IMG/VR virus record: IMGVR_UViG_3300039208_000020
Span: 1-34,418 of that record
Length of the DNA: 34,418 bases
From: a virus
Taxonomy: Duplodnaviria; Caudoviricetes
Direction: 5' to 3' (one strand)
Shown here: one piece after another, positions 9,368 through 18,776 of the stretch
How the letters are laid out: each line of letters starts with the position of its first letter
Position numbering within the stretch: the stretch's first letter is position 1
Notes under the pieces: generated by a model
Databases searched by the model: none
What the model was told of the DNA's origin: nothing
The model's input: the letters and a program-made list of their open reading frames with translations, nothing else
Made by a program: the position numbers and the translations under genes

Positions 9368-9939
9368 TGTAAGCTCACCTGTGGAAATTCTGGAGGAATG
9401 TACATACGCCCCGGAGACATAAAGAATTGTCCATCCATCATATCTCTAAGCTCTAAACCTATCATATTCTTTCTTAGGTTTGCTACTCGACTGACCCTCC
9501 ATTGTTGTCGTCGAGATATAGGGGAGTCAGAATCAATATGTTGTTTCAAAACTCTTATTCTAGTTATTTTAGCATTATCTAATAAACCATTATTAATTAG
9601 CGAAGAGTAGATACCTTCTGGGTTATAGACTGTCAATTTAGGACGAGAAGTTTCATCATCAGAATAACTGGCTACCCCATCTAACTTAACACCTGTACCC
9701 TCATAAGTGTTACCTTGCCACGTTACATCATTGTTCGCTTTCAAATAAATAGTTGATGTTTTGTCGGATAGAGTAATCTCAAACAACTCTATATAGGCAT
9801 CAGCATCTAGTTTTTTTGAATCCTCAATATGTGACTCAGGAGCTTCCCCACCTGAAAAGCTAATTGTTTGTAAAGTAAACACATTAACTGTTCCGGGTGC
9901 TAGATCAAATACATGAGTAGTAAATGTCTTATTTATCAT
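9364..9939 (-). CDS. Minor tail protein L-like (tail tip), lacking the Cys-rich C-terminus
   Basis: IELFEI, VTWQGNTYE, RPKLTV.N, A.ITRIRVL and LELR....P.R motifs; position between M and K. Confidence 0.75.
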   Translation of the reverse strand: MINKTFTTHVFDLAPGTVNVFTLQTISFSGGEAPESHIEDSKKLDADAYIELFEITLSDKTSTIYLKANNDVTWQGNTYEGTGVKLDGVASYSDDETSRPKLTVYNPEGIYSSLINNGLLDNAKITRIRVLKQHIDSDSPISRRQQWRVSRVANLRKNMIGLELRDMMDGQFFMSPGRMYIPPEFPQVSLQ

Positions 9940-9947
9940 AGCCCCTC

Positions 9948-10379
9948 CTAATGGTTAATTACGAACAGACCATCTGCTCCGAATGTTAATCTTAATTCCT
10001 CTCCGTCACTTGCTGTCTCTGCTCCACCGAAGTCTAAGTAAGCAACCAGTTTGTCATCAGTGGATGTCACTGAGTATATAATAGCACCTGTAACTGGACC
10101 AAGTGAACCTCCTGACGCAGTGATGGAAACATCATCAGCATCCCACTTACTTCGATCATTAGCGTCATCGAACCCGAACGTCTTACCTGTCAGTTGAATA
10201 CCCCCTGTTGAGTAAGCACTACCTGCTGGGATTTCAGAAGCTACTACATCAGCCTTTTCGTCATGTAAAGCACTGAACGTGTATCCGTTAACCAACAACA
10301 CTCTAAATTCATCATTTACTAAATCTATAGAGCCATTTGCTACATTGGTTAAGAATTGATCGTAATATGTTATTGTCAT
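9948..10379 (-). CDS. Small beta-rich virion/minor tail protein
   Basis: G.IDL..DEFRVLLV, Y.TGG..L.GKT, WDADDVS and LVAYLDFG pattern seen in phage minor structural proteins; located in the tail-tip cluster. Confidence 0.6.
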   Translation of the reverse strand: MTITYYDQFLTNVANGSIDLVNDEFRVLLVNGYTFSALHDEKADVVASEIPAGSAYSTGGIQLTGKTFGFDDANDRSKWDADDVSITASGGSLGPVTGAIIYSVTSTDDKLVAYLDFGGAETASDGEELRLTFGADGLFVINH

Positions 10380-10765
10380 GGTATCTCCACTAATTCTACT
10401 TCAAAATCCTCTACCATACCATTACCATTCTTGATACCTTTTGGTTCTGGTAGAGGCTTATTAAACTTAACTTCTAATTGACCATATACTGGGTGGTCAT
10501 AATGAAAGCTAAGATGTAACTTATGAGCATGATAAAAGTCTATCATAGCCTTCATATTTCTCTTAGCCTCAGTAGTAGTATTAAACGAATTATCTGAGTT
10601 TGTAAAGAACTGCATACCATTAAAACCTAATTTGAAGGTTCTAACGTCAGGTGCATCAGGTGGAGCAGTAAACATATAAGCCCCTCCAAACTGTCCTCTA
10701 AACCCAGTTTCAGGGTTTATGGTTTCAAATGTGTGATAAGGAAAATTAAAAGTTTGTAATGACAT
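10376..10765 (-). CDS. Distal tail protein (gpM-like)
   Basis: 129 aa directly after the tape measure gene; FY..H....SF.YDHP.YG..EVKF...F.VEL.E pattern. Confidence 0.7.
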   Translation of the reverse strand: MSLQTFNFPYHTFETINPETGFRGQFGGAYMFTAPPDAPDVRTFKLGFNGMQFFTNSDNSFNTTTEAKRNMKAMIDFYHAHKLHLSFHYDHPVYGQLEVKFNKPLPEPKGIKNGNGMVEDFEVELVEIP

Positions 10766-13700
10766 TATACTTTACCCATCTGAATTGATTTAACAAGTTT
10801 CTTAGTTGGTCCACCTTTAGCCATGTCCTCAGTGATCGTTACCACAACATCCTTAGCAGTCATTTGTGGTTTCTGATCTGGTGACACAACGTAAACATTA
10901 ACAGCGTCACCACCTGATTTTGTACCGTCTGTTCCTACTCTTGATACACCCTTGGATACAGTTCTATTACCCATAGAGTTAATCATATCTAAATTCTCTC
11001 TACCTATCATATTAACAGCTGAGTTTCTAAGTACATATTCTCCCGGACGAGCCAAGATAGGCACTGAGTCTCTGTTGGGATTAGCCGCTCCTGCTGCAGC
11101 TCTTCTTACAGAACCCCCAGTAGCGAAGTGTTGAACACCACCACCACTAGTAGAAATAAATCCAGAACTGTCTACACTTGGTGCAGCTGTAGTTCCACCG
11201 AAACTAGGAGCGAATGCATTAAGTACAGAACCGAACAACGATTTCATTATTTGGTTAGCTAAATACTCAGATACAACCTTCTGCATACTTTGTATAATAC
11301 TACGAGCCATATCCTTAAAGGCATCTTTCGCAGTACGAGTACCAGACGTTACATCTGTTATGAAGCTACCTAGTGCCCCTGACGCAGTATCCATCTGGTC
11401 TTTGATCGTATTACCAATATCTATAGTTGTAGAATCTCTGTTCCACTGGTTAACAGCAGTTGTTATTTCTTGGCTTAGATTAAACGTAGCCTCAGCAGTT
11501 GCCTGTGTTTTACCTGTTAATTCAGCACGAACCATTGATAGTTGCTTCTCAACTTCTATCTGAGCCTTCTCTGCCTCCATAAGTTGTTTACCAGCTTCTG
11601 TTGCTTTTTTCGCAGCTTCTCCTGTAACAAATTGTGGTCCGCTTCTGATTTGAGCAACCTCTTGTCTTCGTCTATCAACAACTGCTTTAGTTGATTCCAA
11701 CTGAACCTCTAATGCTTCCTGTTGTACTTGTAGACGTTCGAACTCTAATCTCTGTGCTCGTTCTTCAATATCTCTTATTTGAGTATCACTGTAACGACCC
11801 TCTAACGCTCCACCAGAAGCATTCGCACTGATAGTCGCTCTAAGAGTTTTAAGTCTTAGGTCTATGTTATCTGTCGACCTATCAGAGATTTCCTTAATCT
11901 TATCTAGTTCATCTACTTTCTTAGACAACGCATCATTTATGTTAATAAATTTATCTCTAAATGATGTCAGTGTATTACCAAACTCCTCTGTTGTTTGCTT
12001 CGTTTCCTCAAACAATAACGGGATTCCAGAAGCTAGTGCGTCCTTCTCAGCAGGGTTAGTGAGTTTGTTGAACTCTCTATTAGCTTGTTCTAATTTAAGG
12101 TTAAGCAGACGTTCTGCTATAGCCTCAGCCTTAGCAATTATTTCCTTCAACGCTTTTTCACTAGTCGCACTATCTGCTTGTTTTTTCAATAACTTAAGGT
12201 TATTTTCAAGAACCTTCTTAGTCGCTTTATACACAGATTCATTCAAGGCTTCAACCTGCTCATCTACATTTTCCGTAACAGATTCTCTTTCTTGAACAGC
12301 CTTATTAAAGTCAGCAACCTTATTAGATAGTAGAATTTTAGAAGCCTCTTCCCAATTATCTCCTAACACCTGTCTCATTTCATCTGGATTCAATAGAGAA
12401 GTTAAATACTCTTCTTCAAATTCTTGTGTTTGTTCTAGGTTCTTAGCTACCTCGTCAACGATTCTCTTTCTCTCATGAGGCTCTGATACACCTTTTAATG
12501 AGTCTCTAATCTGAGCAGTACCATCTGTAATAGATTGAATATAGTTATCAATAGCTTGAGCAGACTTGGAAACTTCGAAACTATTTAATTGCTTCTGGCT
12601 AGCAATACCTTTAGCGTTAAACAACTCACCTTGAATACCAGAAGTGCTTGGCAATAGATCATCAATTAAACCAAGTGCGTTTGTTATAGTTCTTATATCA
12701 TTACGTAGTCTATCACCACCACGTCCGTTTACTTTCTGACCAGATGCCTTAGCATTTTTCAGAACTTCCAGTTCTTGTTCAAGAATTCTTTTATTAGTAG
12801 TTAGCTGTTCTCTGAAATCTGAATAAGATGTAATATACTGATCCAATGTATTCGTATCAGATAACTCCTCTAATGAAAGATTCTTCAAACGTGAGGCTTC
12901 ATTTACAACATCTTGAGAGTTTAATACAGCATTTCTAGCTTCTGGTCTCAACCCTATTAGGTTACCCTTTGTGTTTAATTTGGTAATAGCATTGTTACCA
13001 AAGAAGTCAGATGTTCTGCTTTCAAGATTAGAAGCTTGTTGTTGTATCAGACGAGCTTGATCTAGCCCTAACTTCTCAAGGTCTAAACCTTTTAATTTTA
13101 GGAACTCTTGTCTAAGTTCTTTTAAACCATCAGTTAAGGCTTGTAATGGGTCTTTAGTTTTGTCTATGACTAGACCATACTTACCGAATTCAACTTGAGC
13201 TTTTAGAATCTCAAGATTAAGTTCGTGTTGGTTATTAGATAGTGTTGCTGATCTCTTAGATAGTTTTTCTAATCTCTCAGTAACAGATTGTATTTTACCA
13301 TCCCCAGTTTCAACAGCACCAGAAGTTTCATCTACTGCAGCTCTGAACTGATCTAATATTTTAGCTCCTTTGTCAGCTTTAGAACTGAATATATCAAAAT
13401 GATCTGCGGCTAAAATTAACCCAGACAATACTAAGAACGGAGCATTAGCCTTAAGTGTTTTACCAAGGTTTCTAAATAATACATTTGATTTCGTAACTTC
13501 TCTATTTAATACTCCAGTTGCTCGACTAGCTACTGTTGTAGCGTTAGAAAACTTGAAAAGATTTCTTGTCATAAGAGCTAATCGTCTTATAAATAATGCA
13601 GAACCTACAGCAATTAAAGCCGAGCCTATTAGAGGTAATACAGCCCCCAGCTTATTCATAGCACTTAACAATGCCCCAACAGAGTTTGTAGCCGTTATTA

Positions 13701-15297
13701 AAAAGTCTTTAAATGGCTCAGATAGATTAGCGATCAATGTACCCAAAATAGATTTGAATTTATCTAATGAGTTTGCTAAAGAACGCATTTGAACTTCGTT
13801 AGCTTCCGCTGCAGCGTTTGTCAATAATAGAGCAGTTTCTAGTTCACGAGCAACGTCAATGTTATTAGACACAGCTAAGAATGCCGCAGCAGCACGAACC
13901 TGCATACCCTCAAAAGCATTAGCTGCTCCGAATCCAGCTTGTTTTAATGTCTCAAATACATTAATCAACCCATTGGATTCTACATTAACATCTTCCATAG
14001 TTAACCCAACAGATTCTAATTGTTGCATCATCTTCTTAGTAGGTTTCAAGAAAGACACAAGTGTCTGACGTAAACCTGTACCAAGTGTAGAACCTGATCT
14101 AATACCAGCGTTAGCCATAGCACCTAGTACAGATACAGTTTCTTCAAACGTAGCACCAGCTTGTGCGGCAGTGTTACCAGCGAATTGTAGACCTAGAGTT
14201 AACTTTTCTAATGTAAGTTTAGAGTTATTGATAGCACCAGTCAACACATTGGCTACGTGTTCTGTTTCCTCAGCACGTAGATTAAAGATAGATAGTGTAC
14301 TTGTTGTAACATCCACAGCTGATTTCAAATCTGTACCAACAGCAGTTGCCAAGAATGTTACATCTTGGATAGACTCTTTGATCTGAGTTGTTGAGAAACC
14401 TGCCTGACCTAAAACAGTCGCAGCTTGAGCAACATCAACAGCAGTAAACTTAGTTTGCTCAGAAACAGCCACAAGTTCACGCTTCATAGCCTCCATCTCA
14501 GTAGATGTGGTGGCTGTGATAGCTTGTAATTGTGTGAATGCTTGGTCAAGTTCCAGTACGAACTGTGTTCCGAAATTAAACAATTGGAAAATCTTATTCA
14601 TGATAAGATAATTACCAAGTAACTGTGCTTGAATCTTAAATAGAGCGGCACCACCATCACCTGTAGTTCTAGCTACAGCATGATCTCTACCAACTTGTAA
14701 TAACTCCTGTGATCTGTTTCTTGCTGCACCAGATTGTATTGAGCGTTGGATTGATTCAGTAGTTTTTAAAACTCTTTGTCTTTTCTGTTCAGCGGCACTT
14801 AATCTATCAACAGCAGTTTTGATCTCGTTATAAGCTTGTTCTTCTTTACGTAAGGAAGCAAATCGACCATTAGCTAACCTACCACCATTTACGGTAATAG
14901 TTGTTATACGCTCTCTCTGTGCTCGTAATTTAGCTTGTGCCTGTTCTAAACTATCAGTCTGGTTGACACGTTGTCTAACCGCTCTTAGCTTCTGCTTCTC
15001 AGCAGCAAGAAACGCACTCTCGTTAGCCTTGATACGTTTCTCTTCGGCATTTAATAGTTGAACAGAAGGAGAACCTCGGCTTGTAGTCTTTGCTACAACC
15101 CCAGCTGGTTGACTAAACTTTTGTTGAAATGCAGTATTCTGTTTAATGATAGAATCAAAAGTTTTCTTAACTTGAAGCATATTCTGCTCAATAAGCTTTG
15201 TCTTTTGATTCATGTCTTCAAAAGCTTTATTCGCTTTTTCAAGAGCCTGTTGTTGAAGCTCTAGTTCGACATTTAACTTTTCAGTTTTATTTACCAT
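10765..15297 (-). CDS. Tape measure protein (TP901-family core)
   Basis: 1510 aa, helical. TKFTA.DVAQAA..LGQAGF and MANAGIRSGSTLGTGLRQ core. C-terminal FATGG...DSVPILARPGEYVL...AV..IG. Confidence 0.95.
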   Translation of the reverse strand: MVNKTEKLNVELELQQQALEKANKAFEDMNQKTKLIEQNMLQVKKTFDSIIKQNTAFQQKFSQPAGVVAKTTSRGSPSVQLLNAEEKRIKANESAFLAAEKQKLRAVRQRVNQTDSLEQAQAKLRAQRERITTITVNGGRLANGRFASLRKEEQAYNEIKTAVDRLSAAEQKRQRVLKTTESIQRSIQSGAARNRSQELLQVGRDHAVARTTGDGGAALFKIQAQLLGNYLIMNKIFQLFNFGTQFVLELDQAFTQLQAITATTSTEMEAMKRELVAVSEQTKFTAVDVAQAATVLGQAGFSTTQIKESIQDVTFLATAVGTDLKSAVDVTTSTLSIFNLRAEETEHVANVLTGAINNSKLTLEKLTLGLQFAGNTAAQAGATFEETVSVLGAMANAGIRSGSTLGTGLRQTLVSFLKPTKKMMQQLESVGLTMEDVNVESNGLINVFETLKQAGFGAANAFEGMQVRAAAAFLAVSNNIDVARELETALLLTNAAAEANEVQMRSLANSLDKFKSILGTLIANLSEPFKDFLITATNSVGALLSAMNKLGAVLPLIGSALIAVGSALFIRRLALMTRNLFKFSNATTVASRATGVLNREVTKSNVLFRNLGKTLKANAPFLVLSGLILAADHFDIFSSKADKGAKILDQFRAAVDETSGAVETGDGKIQSVTERLEKLSKRSATLSNNQHELNLEILKAQVEFGKYGLVIDKTKDPLQALTDGLKELRQEFLKLKGLDLEKLGLDQARLIQQQASNLESRTSDFFGNNAITKLNTKGNLIGLRPEARNAVLNSQDVVNEASRLKNLSLEELSDTNTLDQYITSYSDFREQLTTNKRILEQELEVLKNAKASGQKVNGRGGDRLRNDIRTITNALGLIDDLLPSTSGIQGELFNAKGIASQKQLNSFEVSKSAQAIDNYIQSITDGTAQIRDSLKGVSEPHERKRIVDEVAKNLEQTQEFEEEYLTSLLNPDEMRQVLGDNWEEASKILLSNKVADFNKAVQERESVTENVDEQVEALNESVYKATKKVLENNLKLLKKQADSATSEKALKEIIAKAEAIAERLLNLKLEQANREFNKLTNPAEKDALASGIPLLFEETKQTTEEFGNTLTSFRDKFININDALSKKVDELDKIKEISDRSTDNIDLRLKTLRATISANASGGALEGRYSDTQIRDIEERAQRLEFERLQVQQEALEVQLESTKAVVDRRRQEVAQIRSGPQFVTGEAAKKATEAGKQLMEAEKAQIEVEKQLSMVRAELTGKTQATAEATFNLSQEITTAVNQWNRDSTTIDIGNTIKDQMDTASGALGSFITDVTSGTRTAKDAFKDMARSIIQSMQKVVSEYLANQIMKSLFGSVLNAFAPSFGGTTAAPSVDSSGFISTSGGGVQHFATGGSVRRAAAGAANPNRDSVPILARPGEYVLRNSAVNMIGRENLDMINSMGNRTVSKGVSRVGTDGTKSGGDAVNVYVVSPDQKPQMTAKDVVVTITEDMAKGGPTKKLVKSIQMGKV

Positions 15298-15657
15298 TTA
15301 CTTCTTTCCAAATACTGACATAAAGTCACTCTGTGCTTGAGAGAAACTTTGTGGGTTTCCTTCGCTGTTCTTCGTCTCTCCTCCGAAGGCTTGGGATACT
15401 ACTAGTGCCATAGCTTCGTATTGTTGAACAGCTTTCACATGTTCGTATCCCAGTTTTATCTTCAACTTGATCTTTATGTCTTCATCGGTATTAGACCAGA
15501 AGACTTCATCTATCCTGCTTGCTGGGATATCGTACCCCCAGCAGATGGTGCTGATTGGATCGAGTTGTTCATACCACTTAACGATTGCGCTAAGTTCTGA
15601 AACATTTTCTCTTGAACCTGAACGCTCTCCTTCATGTTCGAGGCTCCTGTTATAATA
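15298..15657 (-). CDS. Tail assembly chaperone GT extension reached by -1 frameshift (fusion 15980..15657 + 15657..15298, 227 aa)
   Basis: Frame is open 15672-15298 with no suitable start codon: YYNRSLEHEGERSGSRENVSELSAIVKWYEQLDPISTICWGY...QSDFMSVFGKK*. Its TAA abuts the tape measure ATG, and it is -1 relative to G. Confidence 0.85.
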   Translation of the reverse strand, partial: YYNRSLEHEGERSGSRENVSELSAIVKWYEQLDPISTICWGYDIPASRIDEVFWSNTDEDIKIKLKIKLGYEHVKAVQQYEAMALVVSQAFGGETKNSEGNPQSFSQAQSDFMSVFGKK

Positions 15658-15980
15658 AAATTTACAACGTGGTCACCAACCCACTTTGCTATTTTATCAG
15701 CATCCTCTGTAGACATATCAAACATGAATAAGGTAAGTTCGGAAATAGGTTCTGTAGGTTGTCCTCGTTCGTTTCTGTCAACCATTAGAGTTAGTAGACA
15801 ACGCTCTTGTACGCCAGCATCTACATATACTACAGAAACATCCTCGTATTCACCTATCAACTTGGATAGCTCTCTAAGCATCCCTGCTGACATCAATAGT
15901 TCTTTGTCCTCACCATTAACCTTAACAGTGATTCTGTCATCAGGTTTAGTAATATTAACTTTTTCTTGCTCTTCGCTCAT
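15510..15980 (-). CDS. Tail assembly chaperone G-like (156 aa)
   Basis: Between tail tube and tape measure genes; ATG 15980 with an AAGGAG RBS; contains the in-phase slippery heptamer. Confidence 0.85.
   Translation of the reverse strand: MSEEQEKVNITKPDDRITVKVNGEDKELLMSAGMLRELSKLIGEYEDVSVVYVDAGVQERCLLTLMVDRNERGQPTEPISELTLFMFDMSTEDADKIAKWVGDHVVNFIITGASNMKESVQVQEKMFQNLAQSLSGMNNSIQSAPSAGGTISQQAG
15657..15663 (-). promoter_or_regulatory. -1 programmed ribosomal frameshift site A AAT TTT
   Basis: X XXY YYZ heptamer in the correct phase of G (GTA AAT TTT). The -1 frame opens 9 nt upstream (TGA at 15675-15673). Possible stimulatory stem at 15614-15646. Confidence 0.85.
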
Positions 15981-15994
15981 TTTTTGCTCCTTAT

Positions 15995-16035
15995 AAATAA
16001 AAACGGTCACTCTCCACTTTAATAGAGAGTGACCG
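15995..16035 (-). terminator. Intrinsic terminator after the tail tube gene
   Basis: 11-bp stem CGGTCACTCTC/GAGAGTGACCG (16004-16014, 16025-16035) followed by TTTTTATTT on the minus strand. A second AT-rich hairpin lies at 16046-16073. Confidence 0.85.
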
Positions 16036-16089
16036 ACACTTCAAGTATTATTACTGGGAGCTAGGTAATAATATCATAAGGAAGTGTAA

Positions 16090-16851
16090 TTACTTAGTAA
16101 GGATATGAGCAGTATCCCCATCGAAGTACGCATAGTGTGGATCAGTGCTAACCTGATCGTAAACTGAGAATTCAAATGGCATATTACCATAGTCGTCCGA
16201 AGAGAACGCAATGTTGAAACCTTGAGTAATTCTTAGCTTAGGAATTAGAAGAACGATAGGCTCTCCGTTAGCAGCTTTACCAGCAATTTTAGCTGAGTAG
16301 AACGGCTGTTCAGTTTTCGCACCAGCACCTAACTGACTAACAACGTTAACTGTTGCACCTGCTTTAACAGTTTGTGCAAACGCTGCGTTAACAGTGATTG
16401 TGTCTGTTGAAATAGCTGTGATCTTACGAACGATGAAGTCATCTTCTGTGTCGTTCTTAATCATGATAATGTCATCAACCGCAAAGTTTGTACCATCACC
16501 AGAAGCTACGTCGAAGTCAGAACCAGATGTTACTTCCGCATCTACAGTAGATGTTACTGTATTTGCAGCAAATGAACCTGAAAGCCCTAGACCATAAGCG
16601 ATATTTTGGGCTGTAAATTCGTAAACTTCCATAGAAGCTCGTACTTCATTCTGTGTTAAAACAGAATAAACTAGAGTGTTCTTAACACCTTGTGTTAAGT
16701 CTGTGTAAGCAGGATCAGCGTTAAATGATACATTCTTTACCAAGCCGATAGAGTGTTCAGCTGGATTAAGATCAAATAACTGAGCTTGAGTCCCGATCAT
16801 TACTGTTGCTGTTCCCAGCATAAATTGATTTGTTTTTGCTAAACCCGGCAT
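16090..16851 (-). CDS. Major tail tube protein
   Basis: FMLGTATVMIG, IGLVKNVSF, ASMEVYEFT..N and F.SDDYGNMPFEF motifs; precedes the chaperones and is followed by a terminator. Confidence 0.85.
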   Translation of the reverse strand: MPGLAKTNQFMLGTATVMIGTQAQLFDLNPAEHSIGLVKNVSFNADPAYTDLTQGVKNTLVYSVLTQNEVRASMEVYEFTAQNIAYGLGLSGSFAANTVTSTVDAEVTSGSDFDVASGDGTNFAVDDIIMIKNDTEDDFIVRKITAISTDTITVNAAFAQTVKAGATVNVVSQLGAGAKTEQPFYSAKIAGKAANGEPIVLLIPKLRITQGFNIAFSSDDYGNMPFEFSVYDQVSTDPHYAYFDGDTAHILTK

Positions 16852-16892
16852 AATAGTGTCCTTTCATAGAGTTTATCACACAAGAAAAATTC

Positions 16893-16921
16893 TTGATATT
16901 TAAGTTATATCAGGTTAAAGT
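16893..16921 (+). promoter_or_regulatory. Sigma70-like promoter for the RHH gene with an overlapping inverted repeat
   Basis: TTGATA (16893-16898)-17 bp-TAAAGT (16916-16921). A TGATAT-N7-ATATCA palindrome at 16894-16912 overlaps it. Confidence 0.55.
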
Positions 16922-16955
16922 ATTTTAAGGAAATAATTTATTTGACGGTAAAAAA

Positions 16956-17129
16956 ATGGCAAAGAAAGTAATGAGAACAATATACTTATCAGAAGATATG
17001 GATAAGTATATCACAGAAAGAATGCAGTTAGAAGACAGAAAACGTAGCTCTTTAATAGAGCGTATGTTAAAAAAATGTCTTCAACAAGAAAGCAATGCTG
17101 ATAAAGAAACTATATCTATGGGACAGTAA
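16956..17129 (+). CDS. Ribbon-helix-helix (Arc/CopG/MetJ-like) DNA-binding protein, 57 aa
   Basis: Below the ORF-track cutoff. MAKKVMRTIYLSEDMDKYITERMQLEDRKRSSLIERMLKKCLQQESNADKETISMGQ*: beta-strand RTIYL, helix A, turn, then RSSLIERML helix B. Confidence 0.75.
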   Translation: MAKKVMRTIYLSEDMDKYITERMQLEDRKRSSLIERMLKKCLQQESNADKETISMGQ

Positions 17130-17565
17130 TTAAGGATAGTCCAAATGATATATTTATTCCTTGTAAAGGTCTGGACTTAGTTCTAGCAACTGGTGTTGCC
17201 TCAGTTCCAACCATAATCTTTAGCCTACCTATAACTGTACCATTGGAAGAATTTACAACCTCAATTTCCCGTCCGCTTCTTAGTCTATTAAACAACTTAG
17301 ATACTGTCGGCTTTAACTTCTCAAGATAAGAGTCATCTTGTGTAGTACAAATCATTACTGTACAACTACCCTCAAACATATCTTCCAGTTCCATTAGAGA
17401 GTATTCTGCAATACCTATTAGGTCATTATTAGGTAAGTCGTTAATAGATGCATGTGCATCAAAATCAATAGTTTCATAGTCAGTAAGACTATTGTCTGTT
17501 GTAAAATCTGTACACATCTTCAACAAAGAAGAGTTTATATCAAATTGAATGTTATCATAAGTCAT
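17116..17565 (-). CDS. Putative tail terminator protein
   Basis: 149 aa, last neck gene before the tail tube gene; called by position and size only. Confidence 0.55.
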   Translation of the reverse strand: MTYDNIQFDINSSLLKMCTDFTTDNSLTDYETIDFDAHASINDLPNNDLIGIAEYSLMELEDMFEGSCTVMICTTQDDSYLEKLKPTVSKLFNRLRSGREIEVVNSSNGTVIGRLKIMVGTEATPVARTKSRPLQGINISFGLSLITVP

Positions 17566-18242
17566 ATCTTAGACGCTTTCTCTACCACAGTTCTAATTTC
17601 TTTTTGTAAAAACCAGTTTAAGAAGTTTGTAAATAATGGTCGGTAGGTTCCACTGGTATTCTTCAACTTCTTAGCAATGTCATCATTAAATACTGTCGAT
17701 TCATCTATGATACCATTTGCTATATTTTCTAATATTCTAGGGTAAGGGTCAACACTTATTGAGGCTGTTACTCGTCTTCTAATATCCTTAGATCGAGCAA
17801 ATCTTCCCCTAGAGTCACGAATAACCTTACGTTTAGAAGAAGCACCTCTCCATACCTCTTGTCTAGCCTTAGTACCGATATTACCACGTAGCCCGGAAGG
17901 TGTAAATAACACCGTAGGAGTACCTAAAACAGTTTTAGGGTTAAGGTTCCTCAACGCTGTCTTCAACTCTCCTGTACGCTCAAAGAATCCCCCAGTATAA
18001 CCAGCTTTTCTTTTCTTATCCACATACTTAGAATTCAGAGGTGCCCATGAAGGTGTAAATTCATCTAAGTTAGGAGCGGACTTTCTACCAATAGTTTTCA
18101 AAACTAGTCTTTTAAAGAACCTAGATTGAACCTTAATTACCTCCCTTTGAATCGTATCAGCTTTCCTAGCAAAGATGTCCTCAAAACCTGTCTCGACCAT
18201 TCCAGTTAATGTATTCATTACTGAGTCGTACTTTACGGTCAT
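17562..18242 (-). CDS. Putative tail completion/neck protein (basic)
   Basis: WAPLNSKY...K...G...RTG.L motif and a C-terminal RPLF typical of virion morphogenesis proteins; position in the neck cluster. Confidence 0.6.
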   Translation of the reverse strand: MTVKYDSVMNTLTGMVETGFEDIFARKADTIQREVIKVQSRFFKRLVLKTIGRKSAPNLDEFTPSWAPLNSKYVDKKRKAGYTGGFFERTGELKTALRNLNPKTVLGTPTVLFTPSGLRGNIGTKARQEVWRGASSKRKVIRDSRGRFARSKDIRRRVTASISVDPYPRILENIANGIIDESTVFNDDIAKKLKNTSGTYRPLFTNFLNWFLQKEIRTVVEKASKI

Positions 18243-18775
18243 CCTTCTTTCACCTCAGCTACATATAACCCTAGCTGAGGATCAACTTTAGTGACAACCC
18301 AGTCTGGACCTATTTTATCATCCACCTTTACCGCAGCATTTGTTACAATTGTATGTCTAGTTGTTTGAATACTAATAGAATCTTCTATATCAGTTTTGGG
18401 TTGAACTGATACATTAATAATACCGTTAGATGTTTCAGCTGATTTCTTTTTAGCCCCAGTTACAGAATCAACCTGATCAGTTTTAGTAAACCATTCACGT
18501 TGTTCATCTACATAAAATAATTTGAAATGTTTATATATAGGTTTAACAAAGAAACCAGTACCGTGATCTGCTACGAGAAACCTTTGACCATCAGCTATAA
18601 TAACCTTACCTGCTGTTATAGGGGACTTTACATGTACTCTTAAATATCTTCTAGCTGATAGAAAATTACTAACACGACTTGTATCAGGTAGATCAAGTAT
18701 CTGCCCGAAAAAAGACTGTCCATTAAGTATTTTGAATTTACTTCTGAATCTTAATCCTACATTACCCAGTTTCAT
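18239..18775 (-). CDS. Putative head-closure protein
   Basis: Beta-rich 178 aa in the neck cluster; called by position only. Confidence 0.5.
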   Translation of the reverse strand: MKLGNVGLRFRSKFKILNGQSFFGQILDLPDTSRVSNFLSARRYLRVHVKSPITAGKVIIADGQRFLVADHGTGFFVKPIYKHFKLFYVDEQREWFTKTDQVDSVTGAKKKSAETSNGIINVSVQPKTDIEDSISIQTTRHTIVTNAAVKVDDKIGPDWVVTKVDPQLGLYVAEVKEG

Positions 18776-18776
18776 A

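Noticed and set aside
10952-15264. Several + strand ORFs (60-143 aa) opposite the tape measure gene
   Set aside because: Antisense shadows of a long coding gene; Ser/Leu-rich, with no evident RBS or motifs.
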